From Squalus acanthias (Eukaryota), in contig CM059431.1 in the NCBI GenBank assembly GCA_030390025.1, positions 146,942,001 through 147,006,000 on the forward strand: DNA of 64,000 bases, in the 5' to 3' direction. Of this stretch, positions 37,521 to 48,699 are shown piece by piece (position 1 is the first letter of the stretch; the number at the start of each line of letters is the position of its first letter). Both the position numbers and the translations under genes were made by a program. The notes below the pieces were generated by a model, which was not told the origin of the DNA, searched no databases, and saw nothing but the letters and a program-made list of their open reading frames with translations.

Positions 37521-40140
37521 TTTATCAGGATACTGCCAGGTGTTTAATTGGTTTCACAGTGTATCAGCAAACTTACAGGGGTGTATGGGATTTCGCAGTG
37601 TATCAGGAACCTCCCAGGTGTGTATGGGGTTTCACAGTGTATCAGGATCCTGCCAGGTGTGTATGGGGTCTCACAGTGCATCAGGAACCTGTCAGGTATG
37701 TACGGAATTTCAAAGTGTAACATGATCCTGCCTGGCGTGTCTGGGCTTTCACAGTTTAACAGGATCCTGCCTGGTGTGTATGAGGTTTGACATTGTATCA
37801 GGAACCTACCAGGTGTGTGTGGGGTTTCACAGTGTATCGGGATTCTGCCAGATGTGTATGGGTTTTCACAGTGCATCAGGTATCTTCCAGTTCTGTATGG
37901 GATTTCATAGTATAAATGGATTCTGCCAGATGTGTATGGGTTTTCACAGTGCATCAGGAATCTTCCAGTTCTGCATGGGATTTCATAGTATATCAGGATT
38001 CTGCCAGATGTGTATGGGTTTTCACAGTGTATCAGGAACCTGCCAGCTGTATATGGGGTTTCACAGTGTATCTGGAAGCTGCCAGGTGTGTATGGGGTTT
38101 CACAGTGTATCAGGATCCTGCCAGTTGTGTATGGAGTTTCGCAGCGTATCAGGATCCTGCCAGGTGTGTATGGTCTTCATAGTTTATCTGGATCCTGCCT
38201 GGTATGTATGGAGTTTCACAGTGTATCAGGATTCTGCCAGGTGTGTATGTGGTTTTACAGTGTATCAGGATCCTGCCATGTGTGTATGAGGTTTCACAGT
38301 GTATCCGGATCCTGCCAGGTGTGTATGCGGTTTTGCAGCGTATCAGGATCCTGCCAGGTGTGTATGGGGTTTCACAGTTTATCTGGATCCTGCCTGGTAT
38401 GTATGGAGTTTCACATTGTATCAGGATTCTGCCAGGTGTGTATGGGGTTTCACAGTGTATCAGGAACATACCATTTGTGTATGGGGTATCACAGTTTATC
38501 ACGAAACTGCCAGGTGTGTATGGGATTTCATACTTTATCAGGATACTGCCAGATGTGTATGGGGTTTCGCAGTTTATCAGGAAACTGCCAGGTGTTTATG
38601 GGTTTCTCAGTACATCAAGGTCCTGCTAGATGTGTATGGGGTTTCAAAGTGTATCAGGATCCTGCGAGATGTGCATGGTGTATCACAGTGTATCAGGATT
38701 TTGCCAGGTGTGTATGAGCTTTCACAGTGCATCAGGATCCTGCGAGATGTGCATGGGGTATCACAGTGTATCAGGATTTTGACAGGTTTGTATGGGGTTT
38801 AACAGTGCATCGGAATGCTGTCTGGTGTGTATGGGATTTCACATTGTATCAGGAATATGTCTGGCTGTCTGTGCTTTCACAGTGTATAAGTATTCTGCCA
38901 GTTATGTATGGGGTTTCAAATTGTAGCAGGATCTTGCCAGGTGTGTATGGTTTTTCTCAGTGCATCAGGATCCTTTCAGATGTGTTTGGGGCTTCGGAGT
39001 GTATCAGGATCCTGCCAGGTGTGTATGGGTTGTCACAGTGTATCAGAAACATGCCTGGTGTTTATAATAGATTCACCATCTATCAGGATCTTGCCAGGTG
39101 TGTATGGGGTATCACAGTGTATCAGAATCCTGCCAGGTGTGTATGGGGTTTCACAGTGTATCAGGATCCTACCAGCAGTGCATGGGGATCACAGTGTATC
39201 AGAATGCGGCCAGGTGTGTATGGGGTTTCACAGTGTATCGTGATTCTGCCAGGTGTGTATGGGGTTCCACTGTGAATCAGGATCCTGTCAGGTGTGTATG
39301 CGGTTTCACAGTGTATTATAAAGCGGCCAGGTGTATATGGGGTTTCACAGTGTCTCGGGATTCTGCCAGGTGTGTATGGGGTTTCACAGTGTATAAGGAT
39401 CCTGTCAGGTGTTTATGGGGTTTCACAGTGTATCAGGATCATGCCAGGTGTGTATGGGGTTTCACAGTGTATCAGGATACAACCAGGCATGAATGGGGTG
39501 CCACACTTTATTAGGTTCATGCCAGGTTTGTATGGGGTTTCACAGAATATCGGATTCATGCCAGGTGTGTATGGGGTTTCACAGAATATCAGGATCCTGC
39601 CAGGTTTGTATGGGGTTTCTCAGTGTATCAGAATCCTGCCAGGTGTGTATGGGGTTTCACAGTGTATCAGGATCCTACCAGCAGTGCATGGGGATCACAG
39701 TGTATCAGAATGCGGCCAGGTGTGTATGGGGTTTCACAGTGTATCGTGATTCTGCCAGGCGTGTATGGGGTTTCACTGTGAATCAGGATCCTGTCAGGTG
39801 TGTATGCGGTTTCACAGTGTATTATAAAGCGGCCAGGTGTATATGGGGTTTCACAGTGTCTCGGGATTCTGCCAGGTGTGTATGGGGTTACACAGTGCAT
39901 CAGGAATCTTCAAGTTGTGTATGTGATTTCACAGTGCATCGGGATGCCGTCAGGTTTTTCTGGTGTTTCACAATGCATCATGATCCTGACAGGCGTGTAA
40001 GTGGTTTCACAATGTATCAGGAACCTACCAGGTTTGTATGGGGTTTCACAGTTTAACTGGTTCCTGCCAGCTGTGTATGGGGTTTGCAAGTGTATCAGGA
40101 TCCTGCCAGCTTTGTATGGGGTTTCACAGTGTATCAGGAT

Positions 40141-40355
40141 TCATTCTCCCCGTGTCTGCGTGGGTTTCCTCTGGGTGCTCCGGTTTCCTCCCACAGTCCA
40201 AAGATGTGCGGGTTAGGTTGATTTGGCTATGATATTTTGACCCTTAATGTTATGGTGGATTAAATACGTGGGGTTACGGGGATAGGGTGGGATATGTGTC
40301 GGTGCAGGCTCGATCGGCCGAAATGGCCTCTATCTGCACTGTGGGGATTCTGTGA
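40141..40355 (+). mobile_element. 5'-truncated V-SINE (HE1-like)
   Basis: V-domain-like CATTCTCCCCGTGTCTGCGTGGGTTTCCTCTGGGTGCTCCGGTTTCCTCCCACAGTCCAAAGATGTGCGGGTTAGG followed by a CR1-like 3' tail (GGCCGAAATGGCCT). Confidence 0.85.
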
Positions 40356-43212
40356 TGCTGTCAGATATGTATGGGGTTTCATTGTGTATCAGGAGCTTTC
40401 CAGGTATGAATGGGTTTTCGCAGTGTATAAGGGTCCTGCCAGGTGTGGATGAGATTTCACCTTGTATCAGGATCCGACGAGATGTGTATGGATATCATAC
40501 TGTATCTGGATCTTACCAGATGTGTATGAGGTTTCAAAGTGAATCAGGAACCTGCCAGATGTGTATGGGATGTTATACTGTATCGTGATGCTGTCAGGTT
40601 TGTATGGGGTTTCACAGTGTAACAGGATCCTGCCAAATGTGTAACCTGTTCCACAGTGTATCTGGAGCATGCCAGGTTTGTATGATGTTTCTCAGTGTAT
40701 CAGGATCCTGTCAGGTCTGTATGGCGTTTCACTGTAATCAGGATCCTGCCAGGTGTGTATGGGGTTTCACAGTGTATCGGGATTCTGCCAGGTGTTTTGG
40801 TAATTTTGCAATGTATCAGGATTATGCCAGGTGTGTATGGACATTCGCAGTGTATCAGGATGATGCAAGGTATGTATGGAGTAGACTGTGTATCAGAATC
40901 CTGTCAGGTGTGTATGGGGTTTCACAGTGTATAAGGATCCTGTCAGGTGTTTATGGGGTTTCACAGTGTATGAGGATCATGCCAGGTGTGTATGGGGTTT
41001 CACAGTGTATCAGGATACAACCAGGCATGAATGGGGTGCCACACTTTATTAGGTTCATGCCAGGTTTGTATGGGGTTTCACAGAATATCGGATTCATGCC
41101 AGGTGTGTATGGGGTTTCACAGAATATCAGGATCCTGCCAGGTTTGTATGGGGTTTCTCAGTGTATCAGGATCCTGCCAGGTTTGTATGGGGTTTCACTG
41201 GGAATCAGGATCCTGCCAGGTGTGTACGGGGTTTCACAGTGTATCAGGTACCTGGCAGGTGTGTATGGGGTTTCACAGTGTATCAGGTTCCTGCCAGCTG
41301 TGTATGGGGTATGGAAGTGTATCAGGATCCTGCCAGGTGTGTACGGGGTTTTACAGTGTATCAGGATCCTGCCAGGCGTGTATGGGGTTTCACAGTGTAT
41401 CAGGATCCTGCCAGGTGTGTATGGGGCTTCACAGTGTATCAGGATGCTGTCAGGTATGTATGAGGTTTCATTGTCCATCAGCAGCGTGCCAGGTGTGAAT
41501 GGGTTTTTGCAGTGTATAAGGGTCCTGCCAGGTGTGGATGGGATTTCACCTTGTATCAGGATCCTGCGAGATGTATATGGATATCATACTGTATCAGGAT
41601 CTTGCCAGATTTTTATGAGGTTTCAAAGTGAATTAGGATCCTGCCAGGTGTATATGGGATTTTACAGTTTATCGTGATGCTGCCAGGTGTGTATGGTGTT
41701 TCACCGTGTAGCAGGATGCTGCCAGCTGTGTATGGGGTTTCACAGTGTATCAGGATGCTGCCTTGTGTGTATAGGGTTTTACAGTGTAACAGGATCCTGC
41801 CAAGTGTGTAAGCTGTTTCACAGTGTATATGGATCATGCCAGGTGTGTATGGTGTTTCTCAGTGTATCAGGATCATGCCAGGTGTGTATGGGGTTTCTCA
41901 GTGTATCAGGATCCTGCCAGGTGTGCTTGGCGTTTCACTGTAATCAGGTTCCTGCCAGGTGTGTATGTGGTTTCGCAGTGTATCAGGATACTGCCAGGTG
42001 TGTATGGGGTGCCACACTTTATCAGGATCATGCCAGGTGTGTATGGGATTTCACAGAATATCAGGATCATGCCATGTGTGTATGTGGTTTCACAGAATAT
42101 CATGATCCTGCCAGATTTGTATGCGGATTCTCAGTGTATCAGGATCCTGCCAGGTTTGTATGGGGTTTCCCTGGGAATCAGGATCCTGACAGGTGTGTAC
42201 GGGGTTTCACAGTGTATCAGAATCCTGCCAGGTGTGTATGGGGTTTCACAGTGTATCAGGATCCTGCCAGGGGTGTACGGGGCTTCAGTGTATCAGGATC
42301 CTGCCAGGTGTGTACGGGGTTTCACAGTGTATCAGGATATTGCCAGGTGTGTATGGGGTTTCTCAGTATATCAGGATCCTGCCAGGTTTGTATGGGGTTT
42401 CCCTGGAAATCAGGATCCTGACAGGTGTGTACGGGGTTTCACAGTGTATCAGGATCCTGCCAGGGGCGTACGGGGTTTCAGTGTATCAGGATCCTGCCAG
42501 GTGTGTATGGGGTTTCTCAGTGTATCAGGATCCTGCAGGCGTGTATGGGATGCCGCACTTTATCAGGATCATGCCAGGTGTGTATGGGATTTCACAGAAT
42601 ATCAGGATCATGCCATGTGTGTATGGCATTTCACAGTATATCATGATCCTGCCAGATTTGTATCCGGATTCTCAGTGTATCAGGATCCTGCCAGGTTTGT
42701 ATGGGGTTTCCCTGGGAATCAGGATCCTGACAGGTGTGTCCGGGGTTTCACAGTGTATCAGGATCCTGCCAGATTTGTATGGGTATTCTCAGTGTATCAG
42801 GATCCTGACAGGTGTGTACGGGGTTTCACAGTGTATCAGGATCCTGCCAGGTGTGTATGGGGTGTCACAGTGCATCAGGATCCCGCCAGGTGTGTATGGG
42901 GTATCACAGTGTATCAGGATCCTTCCAGGAGTGTCTGGGATTTCACAACTGATAGCCTTCTGCACCTGGATCACCTGGAGTTTTAAAAAATCTGCAAATT
43001 TACATATAATTCACAAATCTGAGCGAATAGTAACTGCATTTTACCCAGAAGATTATAAGATTGAAAAATCTAAATAAACATTAATTCTTCTTCCTCAGCA
43101 TTTGGACGTCTGTTTCCCAGAAACTGACAACCTCTAAACAAACGACTACATTCAATCATTCTGATTATCTGAAGGGAAATAAAAGGTTTGAAATTTCCAT
43201 TTCATCACTTAC

Positions 43213-43278
43213 CTTTCAGTTGACTGGAGAGTTCAGATAAACCTCTTGAAATGTTGATGTAATCATCTGGATCAGAAC
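43213..43278 (-). CDS. NLR exon 4, linker (GSDPDDYINISRGLSELSSQLK)
   Basis: aacag acceptor, G|GTAAGT donor, 66 nt, phase 1-1. Confidence 0.8.
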
Positions 43279-43383
43279 CTGTTTAAATCAATTAACTGTC
43301 ATGCAATCATACCTTTGTAATATTATAGTAAATTCTGCAGTGTTTGAATCTGAAATTTAATTAAGTGCATTATTTAACCGTAC

Positions 43384-43555
43384 CATATTCCTGCATTTCT
43401 TTCAGTATTTTGTCCAACTTTGGCACCCCATGGCGCATTTTCACAAAGGATTCCCACATCACCCTTCGGGTCCGAGAGCCTTTCTCCATCACCAGATTTA
43501 GGAGAAGTTTGGAACTTCCCGCCCGGTTTCCCTTCTCCACGAGCTCAGTGACTTT
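43384..43555 (-). CDS. NLR exon 3, second half of death-fold/CARD-like domain
   Basis: KVTELVEKGNRAGSSKLLLNLVMEKGSRTRRVMWESFVKMRHGVPKLDKILKEMQEY; tacag acceptor, G|GTACGG donor. Confidence 0.85.
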
Positions 43556-44039
43556 CTGTAAAGAATAATAATGAATATGTTGAGGAGCGGAGTGAAAGTG
43601 AAACACTGAGAATGAGAAGGAAAGGATCTGCTCAGTGATGGGATCTCCCAGTTGTTTTGAGCACAGAAAGCAGTCACTGTCCCGGGTACTGATCCATTCT
43701 GAACATGGCTGACTGTTCTGTAAACATCTTGAATTAAAGCAATGATGGGAAATAAATATGATGAAACTAAAACAAGAAGGATGAGATATTAATGATTTTA
43801 GTTAAAGCTAGATGAAAGTGGTAAGTTTTACGGAGGAGCTGAAGGCGGAGAGGCGGAGGGCTTTAAGGAGTGAATTTCAGAGCATTGAGCCTTATGCAAC
43901 AAAATGCAAGGCCAACACCGGTGAAGGCGGGGAGGGTGTGCCAGAGTTGGAGGAACAGGTAATTCTAGATTTGCAGGACTCCTGTCGGCCTGCAGGAGGT
44001 TACAGAGATAGGGAAAGGGGAGGCCATGAGCGGATTTGA

Positions 44040-45130
44040 ACAGGAGATTAGGATTAGACTAGGTGGGATATTAACGGTGATGGGTAGTGAGCTGGAGGTT
44101 GGGATTAGACTAGTTGGGATATTAATCGTAATGGACAGGGAGCAGCAGGTTGGGATTAGACTAGGTTGGATATTAACAGTAATGTGTAATGAGCAGGAGG
44201 TTAGGATTAGACTAGGTGGGATATTAAGAGTTAGGGACAGTGAGCAGGAGGTTGGGATTAGACTAGGTGGGATATTAGCGGTAATGGGTAGTGAGCAGGA
44301 GTTTAGGTTAAGACTAGGTGGGATTTTAACAGTAATGGGTAATGAGCAGGAGGTTTGGATTAGACTAGGTGGGATATTAACAGTAATGGGTAATTTTGCA
44401 GGATTTTATGATTAGACTAGGTGGGATATTAACAGTAATGGTTAATGAGCAGGAGGTTAGGATTCGACTAGGTGGGATATTAACGGTGATGGGTAGTGAG
44501 CTGGAGGTTGGGATTAGACTAGTTGGGATATTAATAGTGATGGACAGGGAGCAGAAGGTTGGGATTAGACTAGGTTGGATATTAACAGTAATGTGTAATG
44601 AGCAGGAGGTTAGGATTAGACTAGGTGGGATATTAACAGTAATGGGTAATGAGCAGTAGGTTAGGATTAGACTAGGTGGGATATTAACGGTAATGGGTAG
44701 TGAGCTGGAGGTAGGGATTAGACTAGTTTGGATATTAACAGTAATGGACAGGGAGCAGAAGGTTGGGATTAGACTAGGTTGGATATTAACAGTAATGGGT
44801 AATGAGCAGGAGGTTAGGATTAAACTAGGTGGGATATTAAAAGTAATGTGTAATGAGCAGGAGGTTAGGATTAGACTAGGTGGGAAATTAACAGTAATGG
44901 GTAAAGAGCTGGAGGTTAGGATTAGATTAGGTGGGATATTAACAGTAATAGGTAATGAGCAGGGGGTTAGGATTACAATAGGTGGGATATTAAAAGTAAC
45001 GTGTAATGAGCAGGAGGTTAGGATTAGACTAGGTGTGATATTAACAGTAATGGGTAATGAGCAGGAGTATAGGATTAGACTCGGTGGGATATTAACAGTA
45101 ATGGGTAATGAGCAGGAGTTTTGGATCAGA
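44040..45130 (+). repeat. 51-bp minisatellite (GAGCAGGAGGTTAGGATTAGACTAGGTGGGATATTAACAGTAATGGGTAAT), ~21 units, in NLR intron 2
   Basis: Direct periodicity; 17-aa repeat in the ORF track. Confidence 0.95.
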
Positions 45131-45874
45131 CTGGGTTGCCCAGATTTTCAACTTGACGACTACGGCTGGTAGCTGATGGACCGACCATTATACACCCTGC
45201 TCGATTATCATTTCCAGGAAGTTCTATTCCATTAAAGGTAACTGACAGGACATTACAGGCTGCTTGCTGTAATTTCCTGAAGTGCTCTCCAGGGAGTGAC
45301 GCTCCACGACAGGTTCTACCACCCGTACTGCGCCTCCGCCAAATTTGAAATTGACCCCCTGTGAAGTATGCAGGAGAAAATAAACCCTGCACGGCCTCGG
45401 TCTTTCAATCCCCACAGTTTCGGGGTTAGTTTCCCTGTTGGGGTCTCATACACTTTAACATTCTTGTTTTGGTCTTCAAATGCCTCTCTTTCACTATGCA
45501 GATCATTTTTTGTCATCTCTCAGTTCCTTAACCTCCTTTAAGTAGTTTGCATTCAGTCAACTCATGACCTTCCCTCTACCTCCTGTCTGCTGCCTCTGGT
45601 CTCTCCTTTTCCCAGTCCCACTGAAATTGTTTCCCTTTGCTTTCAGTCCAAACATGACTTATACCGGAACCGTTCCCCTGTCCTTTGTACAGATACTGAC
45701 GGATCCGTTGGGTATTTTGACATCTTTATATTGTTTCAATTGACAATATTTTCAGTTTCATCCATTTCTTTCCTATTTGGCCTGTTTCACTTCAGTAACA
45801 TTCTAAGATCTAATGTCCTGTCAATTCTGTGATGTTTGAATAATCCAAACTCATTCTGTGTCCCTGCCACTTAC

Positions 45875-46041
45875 CGGATGTTCTTGTCCACTGAAATGCT
45901 TCTCGTTTGTTAACAACGAGGTGAGTCCGTCCACCCCTCCTTCAATCGCCTGTTCCAGTCTGACCCGGTAGAACTTCGTGAATTGGAACAGCTGGTAATC
46001 GTCGCACTTTGTCAAGAACTCAGTGATTGTAGAGTTCGGAT
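45875..46041 (-). CDS. NLR exon 2, first half of death-fold/CARD-like domain
   Basis: DPNSTITEFLTKCDDYQLFQFTKFYRVRLEQAIEGGVDGLTSLLTNEKHFSGQEHP; cacag acceptor, GTAAGT donor. Confidence 0.85.
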
Positions 46042-46239
46042 CTGTGAACACAAATGGTGAAAACTTAACACATTATCCACTTTCTACCCAGGCGGCTACA
46101 TTTCTACTTTTACCAAACGGCTGAATCCTCCTGTGAACCACATTCTGATAACCCACATACACCACATGTACGACATTCCTTTGACCTGTATAGTCACATC
46201 TCAACAAAACTGCATCTTCATGTGTTGGGAGATTAGGCT

Positions 46240-46665
46240 CATGACTGGCGAATGATGTTTAAGTTGGATAAGTGCAGTGTTCTGCATGTGGGCAGGGCGA
46301 ATGCTCAACATTCATACAACCGTCAGGGAGAAACATGAAAGAAGGTGGAGAAAGAAAGATCTGGGCTCTCTAGTGCATCCATGTCTAAAAGTACATGAGC
46401 AATGCCGTGAAGTGAAAGCTCGAGCAAACAGGGTTTTGGGGTGCATTCATTGGACAATTGCATATCAGACGAGGAACAGTATTTTATCCTTGTGCAAGAC
46501 CATGGTCAGGCCTCACTTGGAATACTGTGTCCAGTTTGCTCTCCTCAAATGTTGGGCGATATTGAGGCCTTGGAAAGGGTGCAGAGGAGGGTCACCAGAC
46601 TAATTCACAGTCTGACGCATCTCAGTTATCAAGATAGACTAAAATAGTTGGAACTCTACACGTCA
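46240..46665 (+). mobile_element. Old CR1 RT fragment
   Basis: KDLGSLVH...KARANRVLGCI...MVRPHLEYCVQF...LERVQRRVTRLI. Confidence 0.8.
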
Positions 46666-47016
46666 GGGAAGTTTATCGCCGTCCTATTCCTCTGCCCCAC
46701 CTGCTTCTCAACCCCGCCCCACTCGGGATGTTCTCCTGCTCCCTGGAGTCACACATTTGCTCAGGAAGACCCTCCACTGAGTAACAGACTCTATCCACCT
46801 TACAGTCCCCAATACCAGGGATCTATTGGACAGTTCCAGTACTCGGGGGCTCCCTCCACCTCTGACTGCGGTGCCTCTCTAGATGGTCACTCACTACCCT
46901 CTTTCTAATCAGCCCCTGTCCTGTTACCTCTTCCTGTGGGAGCTGCAGGATCTTGCAGGAGATCTGGACCCTTTGTCAGAACAGAAATTATATTTTAAAG
47001 TATTTTGTGAACCTAC

Positions 47017-47080
47017 CTGTGTCCATTCTCATTCTTTTTGAAGATGTTGGATCTTCTCCCCTGGTTGGACCTTCAGCCAT
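47017..47080 (-). CDS. NLR first coding exon (MAEGPTRGEDPTSSKRMRMDT)
   Basis: ATG in a good Kozak context (AACATGG), G|GTAGGT donor, phase 1 matching exon 2. Candidate acceptor at 47113-47114 and an upstream GTGAGT donor at 47398-47403 suggest a 5' UTR exon. Confidence 0.7.
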
Positions 47081-48199
47081 GTTGGTGACAGGAGTTCCCA
47101 GATTCTGATGCTCTGTTATATATATAATTTTAATAGGAGGGTTAGACGGAAATATTAAAGTGAAGGACAACGTTGCCTTGTTAAACATGATTTCCAGTCC
47201 CTCCTCCCCATCAGTACAACAGCTGTTAGCTCTGGGATCGAGCATTTCCCGAGTGTTACGATCAACTCTCCACATCAGGTGTGACACAGACAGCTGCCCA
47301 GTTAAATAAAGTGAATCCCGCTGATCACCAGAACCGAGTTCCAGACGGGCTGCCGTCGGCCGAGGCACCACACTGGGAGCGCCCATTGGTAAGATTTACT
47401 CACACAGTGCAGGAATAAACCAGCCTGTTCCTGAGATAAAGAATATTCTGCAGGGAAATGTGGAGCGCGTGATCATTGATGAACTGAATGATCCACCACT
47501 CGGTTTAACGCAGTCTGGCGGTTTTGGATTATTTTGTTCATAGATTTGTGTTGAATGTTTTTGATTTAGTATTGATGTTAAATTCCGGTACTTTATGAAT
47601 ATGATATCTATCCACATACACAATATACAGCTGGGTGTGATCCCTCTGGTCTATATAGACAGCGACATTGTCCGTGTGTTCATGGAGATACATCCTGGTT
47701 GGTGCTTCTATTTGAATATATTTACCATATCTCTCATGGTGTCAGCACCTGACTAATGAGCAATGTAGGAGGTGAGTATATTTACTGCTGTTCCACTAAT
47801 ATTAACACTAATGTATAATGTTGTGAATCATGTAACTTTAAACAGTGACGTGATGCACAGCATTGATTTGTGGAATATTTTCACATGTCTTCTCAATCTC
47901 AGAAATGACCATAAATATACAAGTGGTAGATTTGCCTCCTGTTTTACAGTGAATATTCTCCACTTGTGCGCGTGTCTCGCTGTGTATGTGTCCACACATG
48001 TGCGTCCAATCAAACTCTCAGTCAGCGTCCTTTCCTTTCCCCACTGGGGAAATGTAAAAGCGATTCAGTCTCGGATCAGTAATTCCTCCAAACCACAGTT
48101 GAAGTTATTCTCCAGCATTAACTTATAACCAAGTTTGAGATCTGGTAAGATTCAGTTATCTGCTGTGTCACTCACGCTGACACTGGTACAATAAACACA

Positions 48200-48650
48200 C
48201 AGCAACAACAACTTGTCCATCGAAACACATCACAAGGTGCTTCACAGAATACGACAAATACGACAAAAGATGGGCTCAGACTAAAGGGGGTAGAAGGAGG
48301 CGTGGTCAGAATGTTGGTCACAGCAGTGAGTTTCGAAGGGTTCTAAATGAGGAGGGAGCTGGAGAGGTTTAGGTGGGGAATTGATGAGCATTGAGCCGGG
48401 ACAGCCGAAGGCACAGCCTCCATAGATGGGGGGAGGAGAGGGTGAAATGCCACAAGAGGCCAGAGTCGCAAGAATAGAGAGATCTTGGTGGTGGGGAATA
48501 GTAGGGCTGGAGGAGGTTACATACAGAGGAAGGGGCAAGACCTGGAAGAGATTAAATGACGATGGCAGTATAAATTGGAGACTCTCGGGGACTGGGAGCC
48601 AAAGTAGGCTCGCAAGGAAATGGAGGATCGGGGAGCAGAGATCTGATGCT
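48200..48650 (-). mobile_element. Degraded L2 3' fragment (a similar remnant lies at ~43820-44040)
   Basis: AACAACAACTTG tail-like start; PILHFLASLLWLPV and GGCAFGCPGSMLINSPP resemble the L2 C-terminus. Confidence 0.55.
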
Positions 48651-48699
48651 CGTTGAGACCCCACAGTCCCAAACAAGCACCGCAATGGACCAGACCCGC

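Larger units (their letters stand above)
30718..42948 (+). repeat. 39-bp satellite (GTGTATCAGGATCCTGCCAGGTGTGTATGGGGTTTCACA) with 37-bp variants, in NLR intron 4, interrupted by LINE/SINE inserts
   Basis: Direct periodicity; translates as the 13-aa repeat SQCIRILPGVYGV. Array blocks at 30718-32560, 33910-33938 and 36788-42948. Confidence 0.97.
12008..47080 (-). pseudogene. NLR gene (death-fold-like N-terminus + NACHT + LRR; NLRP3-like/NLRC3-like fish-type family), probably pseudogenised. Coding exons: 47080-47017, 46041-45875, 43555-43384, 43278-43213, 21594-19822, 12975-12889, 12748-12579, 12435-12268, 12095-12008
   Basis: Each exon has AG/GT splice sites and compatible phases (1,0,1,1,2,2,2,2). 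NACHT motifs PGIGKTT, LLFIFDGLDEF, LLVTSRP, EILGF, YTFPHLTIQEFVAA and DGRFEIFLRF. RI-like LRRs. Lesions: frameshift ~21088, TGA 20667-20669, 1-nt deletion ~12620. Confidence 0.9.

Noticed and set aside
30842..43077. Cys-rich repetitive ORFs up to 387 aa (SQCIRILPGVYGV)
   Set aside because: Translations of the 39-bp satellite in all three frames, broken by 37-bp variants and LINE inserts.
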